A program made the position numbers and the translations under genes. A model generated the notes under the pieces. That model saw only the letters and a program-made list of their open reading frames with translations, did not search any database and was not told the DNA's origin. From contig OX597822.1 in assembly GCA_951406725.2 (NCBI GenBank), positions 78,058,001-78,122,000 on the forward strand: DNA of 64,000 nt, in the 5' to 3' direction. Position 1 is the stretch's first letter. Every line of letters begins with the position of its first letter. Origin of the DNA: Octopus vulgaris. Lineage: Eukaryota. This document shows positions 1 to 13,827 of the stretch, in pieces.

Positions 1-575
1 ATTTAAACAATATTTGACTGCTATTTCTAAAAGATCGAGCTATAACGTTAATGCTCCCGAGATGGCTCCCATGCTGTTGGTATCACGTAGCTATTATATT
101 CTTTGCGGCTTATGGCGATTTGATTCAATGAAACTGAATTTCTAGAGAAGGCTACCATAATCCATCGATAGCTGAAATATATTCTTTATGCACCAGTGCA
201 GTTGCATTTTCTTCTCGCTCGAAATCTTACTAACGGCGAGTTAATTATGTCTACTGCTGTGAATTTTGTAACGATGTAATCTGTGTAACGGTTTGGTGTA
301 AGCTGTATCGGATGTCACCAATTGTAATGGTTGTAAGTGGTATGAAGAGAGGCCAGCAAGTAATGGCATTACTGGTTTAGGTATGACGTTGGGTGGAGGC
401 TGCATATAACTAGCTGTATTTGAAGAAATATTACGGAAAGACTGGTAATTTCAGAATTCTTGAAATAAATTGACTGAAGAAACAGTTCATACTTAACATA
501 GTAGATGTCGGTGGCGTAACAGTTAGTATGCTTGCCTTCGACTCCCTACCAACGCATCCCTTATAAATTTTCATA

Positions 576-988
576 GGCACAGGGGAGGCTGTGTGGTAGG
601 AAGTTTCTTTCTCAACCACATGGTTCCGGGTTCAGTCCCATTGCGCGGTACTTTGGGCAAGTGTCTTCTACTATAGCTTCAGGCCGACCAAAGCCTTGTG
701 AGTGGATAGGGTAGACGGAAATTAAAAGAAACCCGACGTATATGCGCGTGTGCATAAGTGTGTACGTGTGAGCATGTGTGTGTGTCTTTGTTTGTCCTAC
801 ATCACCACTTGTCAACCAGCGTTGGTGTATTTAGGTCACCGTAACATGGTGGTTCAGCAACAGAGACCGATGGAATAAGCGCCATAACAAATAAGTACTA
901 GTGTTGACTCGTTCGAAAAACATCTCTTGAAGTCAGTACCCCAGCACGGCCGCAGTCTAATGACCAAAAGAATTAAAATCTAAAAGAT
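576..988 (+). mobile_element. tRNA-derived SINE, family A (CORE-like central domain)
   Basis: Head ggc..ggctgtgtggta..ggttcagtccc (A/B-box-like), cttgggcaagtgtcttctactatagc body and cagcacggccgcagtc..aaaagat tail; more than 10 copies in the window. Confidence 0.85.
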
Positions 989-1019
989 AGATTTTATGTA
1001 ACTTTTTTTTTGCCCTTTT

Positions 1020-1311
1020 CAAGCTTAGCCAGGCTCATGGGCCCGATTTCCCGGCTTCTGTGGCGTATGTGTTCCCCCAGCTGGACGGGACGCCAGTCCA
1101 TCGCAGCGTTCCTCAAGAAACAGGAAGAGAGAGTGAGAGAAAGTTGTGGCGAAAGAGTACAACAGGGGTCGGCACCACCCCCTGCCGGAGCCTCGTGGAG
1201 CTTTTAGGTGTTTTCGCTCAATAAAACACACACAACGTCCGGTCTGGGAATCGAAACCGCGATCCTCCGACCGCGAGTTCGCTGCCTTAACCACTGGGCC
1301 ATTGCGCCTCC
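1020..1311 (-). mobile_element. tRNA-derived SINE, family C
   Basis: Reverse complement begins gaggcgcaatggcccagtggttaagg..ggtttcgattccc; related copies at 13411, 35038 and 62462. Confidence 0.8.
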
Positions 1312-1953
1312 TCTTTAACTTTTACCAAGTTAAATCACAACGTCTACGATTTGGAGAAGTAAATTACAAACTCTGGTCTCTTAGAGAATCTCTGGCTGCT
1401 ACTGCTGCTGCTGTTGTTGTTGTTGCTGTTTTTGTTGTTGTAGAAAGCTTAGAACTAAGAGACGTGAAAAGAAGCAGATCGTAATAATCCTTTCTCCCAC
1501 CGTGGGAACATTGACATTGTGTAACATTTTGCGGGGATGAGGTTGGGGTGGTAGTCGATTATATCGACCCCCAGTGTTCGGTTTGTACTTATTTTAAAGA
1601 CCCCCGGAAGGATGAAAGACAAAGGTGACCTCAGCGATATCTGGACTCAGAACGCAAAGTCGAGAGAACTGAAGCTAAGAAATTGTTTCCATTGCGCTAA
1701 CGATTCTGCGAGTTTGCTGCCTTAAGGCAGATTCTAAAAGTGCTCGGGAGAGATTTTTCCATTGATAACAAGTTGGTTGGCATCGGTAATTGGTTGAAGG
1801 AAAAGTGAGGAGGGAGGGGAAGGAAACCGGGGGGAGAGAAAGAAAAGAGAGAGGGGAAAGAGAAAGGAAGTGAGAGAGAAGGTGCCTCTTTGACTGACAT
1901 CGAGTAAAGAGAAAATTTGGTTTCAGGATCTTAATATCTATATCAGTCCCTTA

Positions 1954-2425
1954 AGGCGGCGAGCTGGCAGAATCATTAGCACGCTGGGCGAAATGCGTAG
2001 CGATATTTCACCTGTCTTTATGTTCTGGGTTCAAATTTCGCCGAGGTCGACTTTGTCTTTCATCCTTTCGGGGTCGATAAATTAAGAATCAGCTGTGTAC
2101 TGGGGTCGATTTAATTGACTGGCCCCCTCCTCAAAACTTTTGGGCTTTGTTCCTAGAGTAGAAAAGAATATTTATATCAGTCCTTTAAGGCGGCAGACAG
2201 GCAGAAACTTTACCACGCTGGGCAAAATGCTTTGCGGTATTTCGTGGGTAGTAAAGAAATGTGGGTAGTAATGAAATAGGTAAGTTTCAAGTTCAAATTC
2301 CGCTGACGCTGACCTTACCTTTCATCTTTTCGGGGCACAATAAAATACGCGCCACTGAGTACTGGGGTAGATGTAATCGGCTTACCCTTCTCCTGAAATT
2401 GCTGGACTTGTACCAAAAGTCGAAA
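1954..2425 (+). mobile_element. Two adjacent SINE family B copies (Meta-domain-like)
   Basis: Head aggcggcgagctggcagaa and core gtcgactttgcctttcatcctttcggggtcgataaattaagtacc; copies start at about 1954 and 2188. Confidence 0.8.
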
Positions 2426-2912
2426 TCTATATTTATATCAGTCCTGGAGCTAGTAGTAGGTCACTACAACAACGGGAATGGGGTGACTTACGTAGATTGA
2501 ATTGAGTTTGACCTAAGATGGTGAAGAATTTGACAACTAAGTCACAAATTCTGAATTGAAACGAAGAAAACAAGGGGGAGAAGCATGCAGAAACAATCTG
2601 ATTGGGTTTTCAACTCTGTCTTGTGATCACAATGACAATTCGCTACGGAGGTAATTCGTTGTTTTTTGACATTTATATGCGAGTGCAATGTTTATGCTGT
2701 TGAGAGTAATGTTATTAAATAGTATTGTTTAAATAGGTGCATGCGTGATTGCGTGGTAAGAAGCGTACTTCCAGACCACATGGTTCCGGGTTCAAGTCCC
2801 ACTGCGTGACATCTTCAGCAAGTGTCTTCTACTATAATCTCCGAGTGACCAAAGCTTTGTGAGTAGTTTGGGAAGACGGAGTCCGAAAGAAGCCTGTCGT
2901 ATATATGTGTGT

Positions 2913-2961
<49 letters not shown>

Positions 2962-3050
2962 GGAGAGAGGGAGAGAGAGAGAAAGAGAGAGGGGGAGAGA
3001 GAGAAAGAGAGAGGGGGAGAGAGAGAGGAGGCAAGGCCTAGAGAGAGAGG
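2913..3050. repeat. (GA)n microsatellite
   Basis: Directly visible. Confidence 0.95.
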
Positions 3051-3146
3051 AGGCAAGGCACAGTGCATCGGTTCAGGCAACGTCGATTTGATGGAAGGAG
3101 GGAGCTAATGTGCGGCACAAGCATTTGATCAGAAACATTTGATTAC

Positions 3147-3742
3147 AGGCGGCGAGCTGGCAGAAACGTTAGCACGCTGGGCGAAATGCTTAGCGGTATT
3201 TCGTCTGCCGCTACGTTCTGAGTTCAATTTCTGCCGAGGTCGACTTTGCCTTTCAACCTTTCGGGGTCGATTAAATAAGTACCGGTTACGCACTAAGTTC
3301 ATATAATCGTCTTAATCCGTTTGTCTGTCCTTGTTTGTCCCCTCTGTGTTTAGCCCCTTGTGGGTAGTAAAGAAATAGCTATTTCGTCTGCCGTTACGTT
3401 CTGAGTTCAAATTCCACCGAGGTCGACTTTGCCTTTCATCCTTTCGGGGTCGATTAAATAAGTACTAGTTACGCACTGGGGTCGATATAATCGACTTAAT
3501 CCATTTGTCTGTCCTTGTTTGTCCTCTCTGTGTTTAGCCCCTTGTGGGTAGTAAAGAAATAGGTATTTCGTCTGCCTCTTCGTTCTGAGTTCAAATTCCA
3601 CCGAGGCCGACTTTGCTTTTTATTCTTTCGGGGTCGATAAATTAAGTACCAGTTACGCTGGGGTCGATATAATTGACTTAATCCCTTTGTCTGTCCTTGG
3701 TTCTCCCCTCTACGTTTATCCCCTTGCGAGCAATAAAGAAAT
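3147..3742 (+). mobile_element. SINE family B with internally triplicated ~180-bp body
   Basis: One head followed by three tandem copies of tatttcgtctgcc..gtaaagaaata. Confidence 0.85.
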
Positions 3743-4062
3743 AACAAGCATTTGATCACTATTAATTCCAGCATGGCCGCAGCCCAATGACTGAAACGAG
3801 TAAAACGATAAAAGATACCCCCTTCTCTCAAATTACACAGGATGGAAGACACGGCGTGTATAGAAATAAGACATCTCAAATTAAATGTCCGATCATAACT
3901 AGAATGTTTTTGACCACTAAACGACCGAATTAGGAAAGATATTTATAATTATAATTATCTAATGATTAATACTGAAAATAGATACATTTGTTAATTAATT
4001 TGTTGCACAATCTAAGTATTGTTTGTTATATTTGGTCTGAACACGACTGATACAAATCGCCT

Positions 4063-4452
4063 AGCACAAGCGCAGGTGTGGCTGGGTGGTAAGAAGTTTG
4101 CTTGCCAACCACATGATTCCTGGTTCAGTCCCACTGCGTGGCACTTTGGGCAAGTGTCTTCTCCTATAGTCTCGTGTCGACAAAAGCCTTGTGAGTGGAT
4201 TTGGTGGAAGGAAACTGAAAGAAGTTCATACCATGTGTGCACGTGCGTGTGTGTGTGTGTGTGTGTATGTGTGCGCGCGCGATTTTTGCTCCACCACCGC
4301 TTGACGTACCAACACGAGACTGTTGGTATGTTTAAGACTCCGTAATTTAGCGCTTCGGTAAATAAATACCAAGCTTAGAAACTATTAAGCACTTGGATCG
4401 ATTTGTTCAACTATAATCACTCAAGGCGGTGCCCCAGCATGGCCGCAAGCAA
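4063..4452 (+). mobile_element. SINE family A
   Basis: Same head, body and tail as the copy at 576-988. Confidence 0.8.
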
Positions 4453-4742
4453 ATGATTGAAACACGTAAAACATACAGGGTACGTCCACCACAATGCTCA
4501 AATGTATCTTTTGATCCATTTATAAGTAGTTTGGAATACACTAAAGATAAACTAAGACATCCAAACTAGTTTCGCTCATTTGAAGCGTGGGTATGCTGGA
4601 CGACTCATTCGGAGGCCTTCGTCGGTCATATTAATACGACATATCTAAGTCTTTTTAGCCATCGCTGTCTGTCAAACTTCTAAGTTAATTAACCATTAGT
4701 ACTAAGAAGATTATAAATATCTCGAGATATTAATTGTTTGTA

Positions 4743-5125
4743 AGGCAGCAAGCTGGCAGAAACGTTAGCACGCCGTGCGAAATACTAAGCCGAATTTCGT
4801 CTGCCGTTACATTCTGAATTCAAATTCCGCCGAGGTCGACTTTGCCTTTCATCCTTTCGGGGTCGATTAAATAAGTACCAGTTACGCACTGGGGTCGATA
4901 TAATCGACTTAATCCGTTTGTCCCTTCTGTGTTTAGCCCCTTGTGGGTAGTAAAGAAATAGGTATTTCGTCTGTCTTTACGTTCTGAGTTCAAATTCCGC
5001 CGAGGTCGACTATGCCTTTCATCCTTTCGGGGTCGATAAATTAAGTACCAGTTGAGTACTGGGGTCGATCTAATAGACTGGACCCCTCACACAAAACTTC
5101 GGGCCTTGTGCCTAGAGTAGAAAAT
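4743..5125 (+). mobile_element. SINE family B with duplicated body
   Basis: Head plus two core copies. Confidence 0.8.
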
Positions 5126-5429
5126 TATATTTATTATTTCTCGCGCAAACCAAGTCGTAGAATTTAGTTAGGATTTTAGTTAAACATCATAGAATCCAAA
5201 TTGCGCGCGCACCCAATAAACCCGCGCACACACGCACATTTTACTATTAAGATAGATATATGCTATCGTACATTGACATTATGCAAACTATTGCACACAC
5301 ACACGCATACACAAACACACTCACGAAGGTTCGTTCTTTATGTTACTTGTCTTGTTTTCCATTTGTTTCTCTTGTTGTTTACGTATTCCATGTTGTTTAC
5401 TGTTGGTGACGTCCTGTACCCATTTATGC

Positions 5430-5465
<36 letters not shown>

Positions 5466-5639
5466 TACATATATATATATAGCTACTGATGAACATTAAG
5501 ATGCATCAGAATGCAAAATCATCGGTGATCTAGCTCAATCTACGACCATAGGGGGCTTGCCTCTCTTGTCAGCTTATTAGGATAGTGCTTTTTGTGGTTA
5601 TAGAGTCGTTTTGACTCTCATTTCTAGCAATGCTGGTGC

Positions 5640-6270
5640 TGATGACAGTGGTCGAGTGTGGGTCTGGAGTCTGTGATCAAGAATTTGATGTGAAAAGATT
5701 TCAGCCAACAATGAAACAGTACAGCGATTCTGTGATGCCCTGGGGAGCAATTTGGAGCAATGGTTGATCAGAGCTGGTGGAGTGTGCGAGTAATATAAAC
5801 TCAAATAAATGTGTCCAATCTCCTCCAGTAGTGAATGATAAATAAAGGCTCTTTATTTATAGAAGATGGTGCTTCTTGTCACTCGGCTAAAATGACCCAA
5901 GACTTGTTGGATGAGAATGGCATTAAAAAGCTTCCATGACCAAGCCAGTCACCAGATATGAACCCCATGGAACACTTCTGGGGCATAATGGACAGGACAC
6001 TTCATAAAAAGAACAAGAAAGCATCTTCAAAGCCAGATGTTTTGAGATCACTGCATGAAACTTGGCAAAGAAATTCCGCAAGAGAATATTCGTCATCTGA
6101 TCAGTAACATGACTAATAGGGTCCTGGTATTGAAAAATGCAAAGGTCATGTCTTCTAAATGTTAAATATTCACATTATAGCAATTAATAAATAATTTGAA
6201 TGTATAATTTCATATTTAAATAAATTTTAATGATTATAAGGGTGTCTATTTACTTCCGTCATGTCTGTGT
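5640..6270 (+). pseudogene. Decayed Tc1-family DD34E transposase, 3' half
   Basis: Translates across stops and frameshifts to GRVWVW..SVMPWGAIW..FIEDGASCHSAK..P*PSQSPDMNPMEHFWG, matching the Tc1 WPSQSPDLNPIE motif. Confidence 0.85.
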
Positions 6271-6605
6271 CTATACATTATAATATAAATGTACACGTTC
6301 ATGTGTGTGTAGGAGCATGTGCTCGTGTAACTGTATTTGTGTATGCTTATGTCAGTGAAGATAAGTGTACGCCTGTATGTGTATCTGTTTGGGAGAGTAA
6401 AAGGGTATCTATTTATCACAAATATAATCTAGAAATAACTGATTGATGCAGCCACCAAGCATCACTATCGCTAATCACTACACACGTACAAAGCCACGCC
6501 CCAGCATATTGCTAGACACCAATGATAGCATCAACAACCCCATCATCGCTATCGTTACTATCATCAACAACAAAACTTTCCGACCCAAATTGGTAGCCTC
6601 TACAT

Positions 6606-6818
6606 CAGTGGTTCGTTCTCAAGTAGGGTCCATACAAGATTTTGTGCTATAGATTCGTTATGCTGCTGCAATACACAAAATCTTTTAACAATTCGTTTAT
6701 GCAATTCCTCCCAAAATTTAATTATAGAAATATAAGATTTTTTAAGCATTGAATGGTTACGAGAGTAAAATAGGAATACCAGGGGTCCATAGATTTAAAA
6801 AATGGTTGAGAACCGCTG
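6606..6818. mobile_element. hAT (Charlie-like) MITE
   Basis: Termini cagtggtt..ctcaa / ttgagaaccgctg; 8-bp TSD ctctacat / ctctgcat. Confidence 0.7.
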
Positions 6819-7391
6819 CTCTGCATAATCACTCGATCTGCTACAAACAGCGACTAAATCCCCTTCAAATCACACCCTACTCTCTAAGCATTAAGATACG
6901 TTAGGCATTAGAATGCAAAAATCATCGGGGATCTAGCTCAATCTGCTACCATTGGGGACTTGCCTCTCTTGTCAGCTCATTAAGATAGAGCTTTATGTGG
7001 TTATTGAGTCGTTTTGACTCTCATTTCCAGCAACGCTGGTGCTAGATTATAAAAGGTGTAGTTGTACTAACAAGTTATGTTCGTGGTTGTGCTACCAAGT
7101 AATGTTCGTAGCTACTTCAACATGTCTGCCAGTTCGAGCGGAATTTGCTGCGATTTTTTAACCCCAAGAGGACATCTCCTCTATCTGGTTAACGATGCAC
7201 AGTTGCATCCGATATGTTGCGACATATGTGTGTGTGCGCGCGTGCGTGGGTGTGTGAGCATGGAGAATTACCTCCTACACACATCCTTCTAGCAATGAAT
7301 TTCTTCTCATGTGCTACCTTTCACTGTTGCCCAGCACATAAATATCTAAGCAGATAACATTCAACAGATCTAACCACTGACTTCGTTAAAC

Positions 7392-7625
7392 CTGAAGTTT
7401 GAATCTCCAAAAATGTGAATCGCCGATAATGTAAATCTTCAGTAATGTAAATCACCTTGTATTGTGAATAAACATGTAATGTGAATCAACATGTATTGTG
7501 AATCTCCAGTAATGTGAATCTTCAGTAATGTGAATCAACATGCAATGTGAATCGACCTGTAATGCGAATCAGCATGTAGCGTGAATCAACGAGTTATGTG
7601 AATCTCCAGTAATGTGGATCAACTT
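7392..7625. repeat. Minisatellite, ~16-17-bp unit aatgtgaatc(aacatgt/tccagt)
   Basis: About 13 degenerate tandem units visible. Confidence 0.8.
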
Positions 7626-8399
7626 TAGCAATACTGATCTGGGTCCATGGAGAGCTGGGGTAAGGTTGTAAAAGCCTAATATTTTAAAAGGTTTCTGTAT
7701 AAAATTATCATTAATCAGTTGTATATAATTTACTCTGCCACACATATCTTTCAATTTGGAGGTTAATCTTGGGAAACAAGTTCGTTATAAGTTTGTAAAA
7801 TTAGCTTATTCGGTACACAGTGACAGATATTTATTCAGTAGATGGCGCCGATAGAAATATTCACTTAAATATAAAGAGTCCTTAACCGTGAAATGTTTGG
7901 GAACCGATTCTAATTCCGCGTGGGGTCGGTGATTATGCTGAGGCTCTGTTGATGGCATGTATTAATGAAAATGTCCTTGGTGTTGTCTGAATAATTTTCT
8001 TAAGTAGTCTGTGATTGAGGGAAATGTCGCTCTATTTAAAGCACACCTAGCAACGTGATATAGTGTCCCTCATTAACACGTAACAGCAACGCTTCCCAAA
8101 TATTCAACCACAACAAAAGAATAGGAATAGGAACATTCCTATCCAACATACAGATTACGATTGCTGGAACACCAGGCGCTGATAATTTAAGGACCATTCT
8201 CCAGTAACCAACACTTGACCTTGTGGCGGAGACACCCCAATTAGTGAAACTAAAAGTCAGGGCTGATAGGCAACAAATCCTTGAACTTTATCTCTTGAAA
8301 AAGTATTAAAATCTGCCTATTAACACCAATCAACCAAGAGTGTTTTCCGATTTCTCTTCCCAAATGGCCAACCTAGTTATCAAGAACTAAAATAATAAA

Positions 8400-8830
8400 A
8401 TGTGTTGGAATAATGCCCAATAATGATAAAATAATTTGAAGGTGATAACGAAATGGCGTAAAGGTAGAAGGAATTACAAGTCAATGTGTTGAAAAATTCA
8501 ATATGTCCTCCTCGTAACGAAAGTGTCACTGTTAAATATTATAATGAAGTAATTATGCCAAAAAAGGGCCACCAGTTTAGGTTTTTATACAACTAAGATT
8601 GGCAATTTACCAACATGATAATGCTTTTACTCATTCTGCCAAATTAGTCGAAAGTTTTCTCCAAGATAGTGAATTTAAATTTTTGTTTTTGCTTGGACAT
8701 TGTCCAGAGAAGAAACCAACTAAAAACACATGGCTGGTCATTACGTCAATGTTAAAATCAGGTACTTAAAAAGTAATTAATTCTAATTTGTGTCAACTGG
8801 GAAGGAATGAATATAAATTAGGGTGAAAAT
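8400..8830 (+). pseudogene. Highly decayed Tc1-like transposase fragment
   Basis: IYQHDNAFTHSAKLVESFLQD resembles the Tc1 QDNAPxH motif. Confidence 0.45.
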
Positions 8831-9303
8831 TATAGCAAAACAATCGACTCGGACTCCACCTAATTTCTAACATTAGCGTGAAGTAAGAATTTTTGTCTAG
8901 TGGGGAAGTATAGCCGATAAAATCTTCATCAGTTTTTGTTTTTATACGTAATTTGATTTTTCGGCATCGAAAGGATGAAGTGTGAAGTTATCATGGAAGA
9001 TGATTCGAAATCTGAGCGTAAAGAGGAAGAAAGGAATATCGTAAAGAGGAAGAACGAAATACCGTAAAGCAGTTTCTCAGGGACTCTACATATTCGGCGA
9101 ATCCACTTCCGTTAACCGATTGCAACACTGAAAGAGCTACAAAAGTAACCATAAGATAATCTATACAGGATTATTGATTGTTAAAGAATATTATTAACTA
9201 CCATTAAAATGGCGAATTGGCAGAATCGGTAGCACGACAGGCAAAATGCTGAGCGGCATTTCGCTCGTCTTTGCGTTCTTAGTTCAAATTCCACCGAGAT
9301 ATA

Positions 9304-9341
<38 letters not shown>

Positions 9342-9395
9342 AACATGGAGAATTACCTTCTACCTTACTCAATGAAATCAACATACCTATATATA

Positions 9396-9457
<62 letters not shown>

Positions 9458-10016
9458 TTGAGTTGTCCGGAAGGTACGTGCCTATTTTTAAAGGAAAGAA
9501 AAAGGTCAATAAATACTTGCCATTACATTTTTAATCAATTAAATATGAACCATTTTGTTGCACAATGCGTCTCCATTTTTCCTTTAACTTGAAAATACCC
9601 TCTTCTCAGCATTGAGGTGGTTTCATTGTAAAGAATTCATCAAGGTAGCTTTTTACGTCATCCAAGGAATTGAAATTTTTACCATTAAGACTATTCTGCA
9701 GAGACCTGAATAAGTGGAAATCCGAAGGAGCAATATCTGGTGAATATGGAGGGTGGGGTAATACATCCCAGCTGAGCTGCAGCAATTTTTGTCTGGTTCC
9801 ACAAGCATCAAGTGCCGAAAATAAACTTTCTTATCTTTTTAAAGGGTTACAGAATGAACACAGTTTATAGGAACATAAACCGTCTTCCACGCAAAGATAA
9901 CTTAAACTGTGCTCTAAATGGAGGTGTAGTCAGATCCTATTTTATGGCCTGAACCGTGTTCTAAAATAAGTCGAAAGGTAAGCTTACTATAAATCGGCAC
10001 GAAGTTTCCAGACAAC

Positions 10017-10020
<4 letters not shown>
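9458..10020 (-). mobile_element. Internally deleted mariner (DD34D) element
   Basis: ~30-bp TIRs ttgagttgtccggaaggtacgtgcc / ggcacgaagtttccagacaacccaa, flanked by TA; minus strand reads WDVLPHPPYSPDIAPSDFHLFRSLQNSL. Confidence 0.9.
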
Positions 10021-10070
<50 letters not shown>

Positions 10071-10316
10071 CATACGCACACACACACACACATATACATA
10101 TTAAGTAATCCCTCGACTATCGCAGGTGTTACATCCCAAAACCCTCCGCGATACGTGAAAACCCGCGAAGTAGAAACAGTAGTGTACTGCATATGTTTTA
10201 TTAATTTTATAATTTGTATATATTTTATTGTAAATGCAAAACAAAACTACAGAAATCGTCATAAGCTTAAATAATGAACCGCGGTATATGAACCGCTATT
10301 ACTTCATGTATGTGTT

Positions 10317-10358
<42 letters not shown>

Positions 10359-11799
10359 TATATATACATGCACACACACACAATGTGTGCGCGCGCGCCT
10401 ATATTTGTCCCTCACCACCGCTCGATAACCGGTGCTTGTGTGTTTATGTTCCCATGACTTATCGGCTCAGCCAAAGAGAACGACAGAATAAGTACCAGGC
10501 TTTACAAAATATTTGAGTACTGGGATCGATTCATTTGACGAAAATTCTTGAAGGCGGTGCCCCAGCATGGCCGCGGTCTAATGATTGAAACAAGTAAACG
10601 ATAAAAGATAAGCGATAAGAAAATAGCTTAAAATTAAAAGTTCATTTTGTAACCTGTTTGAAAATAACTAAAACCTTTTTCATTGTCAGAGGTCGGGTGT
10701 TGTGAAGAATCTCGGTTCTTGCATAATTGGTTATTAAAAATTTGTGTGTCTTAAATGGTGTTAGGGGCACTGATATTTTATAGGCGCAGGAGTGGCTGTG
10801 TTGTAAGTAGCTTGCTTTCGTCACACCTTTCTCTCACTCTTTCCTCCTGCATCTTGCAGCTCACCTACGACGACGGACAGGCGTCCCGTTCAGGTGGGGA
10901 ACCTATACGCCAAGGAAACCGGCCCTTATGAGCCAGGCATGGCTCGAGAAGGAACAAACAACAACAACAACTTATGATATGAGTGATATCATCCACACTA
11001 GTATGGCATAATCGACATTTCCTATCATAGAGTAGGGATTTAGAGGCATCCGTATCTCTTTTGTTGATCAGGTATTTAGTAGCTCTATTCTTAGAAATGT
11101 AATGTACTTACCGCAGGTCAAGGAGAGGTTATTATCCCTGTCAATGTTACCGGCATCCTCTTGCTTGGGGGACACATACCCATACATAAATTTCTGCCTC
11201 TATGGTAAGTACTAGACTTACAAATAATAAGTCCTGGGGTTGATTTCTTCGACTAAATGCGGTGCTCCAGCATGGTCGCAGTCAAATGACTGAAACAAGT
11301 AAAAGAGTAAAAGAGTTTCTAAAGCAAAATTTGTTTACGCAAATGATCTTTGTGAAAATTGGTAAAGATTTAAAATGCTGAAAATATTACCATTAACGAA
11401 ACGTTACAAAATTCAAGGAACACCGCACTTTATCAATGCTATGTATGTGGTTAAGTGTAACTATTTTAAGCTACGGTGCGGGTGGTTGGGTGGTAATCTG
11501 ATTAAGGAGAATCAGCTTTTAGGAGAGAGAGGGAGAGAGAGAAATTGAAAAACAAATTAACATGACCTAACAAGTTGGGTGGAGCATAACAACCGAAATA
11601 CTGTAAAAAAAAGTAGCAATGTAGTCGAGGAATATAGTCCGACTAAACCACATACAATGATTAGAACATTGCCTAACAAAATACAGACACAAAATATTGT
11701 ATTTCTTCTTCATTGACGTAAATAGAAATAATTTACTCGAAAATTTTACTGAAATTCTTAGCATTGTAGTATTTTTTAAACTTCCCTAATATTTGATAT

Positions 11800-12285
11800 A
11801 TCAACGATGTTATAACTTGTAAATTGTCTTCGAGATGTATATCTGTCTATCTTAACCTAGTTTTGAACTTAATTTTCATTCTAGAAAAAACTTTGTTCGC
11901 ATTTCTGTGCATTTGCCAGTTTAGTGACATATCTTCTGGTAAAACTATTATGGGGTAGATTTCTTTCGGAAGAGATCCATAAAACTGTAATAAACTTTCA
12001 TCTTCAGATTTTTCCCGAAGAAATTCATCTCATTGAATCCCAAATTTCCATTTGCAGTTCCATTCGAACTATGTTTTAGGGCATAGCCACTGATTTCCAA
12101 AATGGTTAAAACCAGCTTCTCTTTGAAATCCGTCATTTTGTCAAATCATTTAACTCCAGAGCGAATCTATAGCATCCAGACTTTCTGTGATTGGCTAGAG
12201 TGGAGGAAATAGAAAACGCCACTATTTCCGAATTGATTCTCTCAAACCTTAAGTTTTGCTTCAAAAGCTTTGACATGAGACTATA
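11800..12285 (-). pseudogene. hAT (SPIN/Charlie, GTF2IRD2-like) transposase C-terminal relic
   Basis: HVKAFEAKLK..SLLQFYGSLPKEIYP..CEQSF..MK..R..TDIHL, resembling the hAT dimerisation region. Confidence 0.65.
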
Positions 12286-12611
12286 AGAATATACCAAATT
12301 AATCAACTGATTTTGTTATAATGTCACCAATAGAGACGCCAATTTAAGGCTCATGAATGTCTGGTTGGTTGCAAATTGACTCTGAAGCATGTTGAAAATT
12401 ACACGGATAACTGACTAATAGTCAGTGACTATGACGAATATTTTAACTTTTCTTATTGGTGGTATCCATTACGCAACACTTGTTATATACTTTAAGGAGG
12501 TTAATAGTTATTTCCCTTAGACACAGATTCAGTTACCATCCGTCAGCTCGGAGACAAATTTACTCTTCACTTCTAAGAGGGCGCATAACTCTTCTCTGAG
12601 GATATAAAACC

Positions 12612-12927
12612 GTTACTCTTTACTCTTTTACTTGTTTCAGTCATTTGACTACGGCCATGCTGGAGCACCGCCTTTAGTCGAGTAAATCGACCCAGGACTT
12701 ATTCTTTGTAAGCCTAGTACTTATTCTATCGGTCCCTAATGCCGAAACGCTAAGTTACGGGGACATAAACACACCAGCATTGATTGTCAAGCGGTTGTTC
12801 CGTCTACCAAATCCACTCACAAGGTTTTGGTCGGCCCGAGGCTATAGTAGAAGACGCCCAAGGTGCCACGCATTGGGACTGAACCCGGAACCATGTGGTT
12901 CGTAAGCAAGCTACTTACCACACTGCC
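12612..12927 (-). mobile_element. SINE family A, internally deleted
   Basis: Reverse complement of the family A tail and head. Confidence 0.8.
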
Positions 12928-13410
12928 AAACCAGTGAACTTCACAGTAATAGACCATATCACAATACTCTGATTCAAGTTATTCTAAGAACTCTTTAAAC
13001 TGGCAATGATTAAGTACTCAGGATTTCATAAAATTTATGATTGTAACAAACGCATGCATAACATTTTCAAATATTATTGACTGCATATCTTAATGAATTT
13101 TACAATGAATCATTGCTAAGTTACTGCTAAATTCAAAGAGGTTAATTTGTTTTATAATTTGGGTAGATAGCCTGTCTGTTGTTTACACTGACGAGCTATT
13201 GACACAAAAATACATCGCATAATTCAACTAATTTTGCTTTCGCAATTTAAATTGAGATTATTTAATTGGGAACTGATATCTATGAAAAATGCAAGGTCAC
13301 AATTCCAGTTATCACTTGTCAAATCCAGAACAAATTTACCCTTCAGTTCTAAGAAGGCACATTTCCTCTTCTCTGGGATACGCACCTTCTTAGAAATGAA
13401 GTGTTGCGTG

Positions 13411-13724
13411 AAGGCATGCGGCTTAGTGGTTAGGGCATTCGGCTCACGATCGTAAGGTCATGAGTTCAATTCCCAGCGACTAGTTGTGTCCTTGAGCAAG
13501 ACACTTTATTTCACCCTACTCCAGTCCACTCTGCTGGCAAAAATTGAGTATTTCAAAGGGACAGCCTTATCACATTCTATGTCACGCTGAATTTCCCTGA
13601 GAACTACATTAAGAGTAAATTTGACTGTGGCGTACTCAGCCACTTGCACATTAATTTCACAAGTAGGCTATTCCGTTGATCCGATCAGCTGGAGCACTCG
13701 TCGTCCTAACCGACAGTATGCCAG
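13411..13724 (+). mobile_element. tRNA-derived SINE, family C-related
   Basis: ggcttagtggttagggcattcggctcacgatc..gagttcaattccc head; body matches the reverse complement of 62462-62640. Confidence 0.75.
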
Positions 13725-13827
13725 TTCTTCATAAATGTTATATCCTGCAACGGTGTCTTTCATTGTCTGAACAGGAAGCAATTCTTTTATAATATTAAAT
13801 GATTTATCGATACACAAATGAAAATTG

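Noticed and set aside
4560-4630. CCGACGA..GAAACTAGTT motif on the minus strand
   Set aside because: No helix I or helix II complementarity
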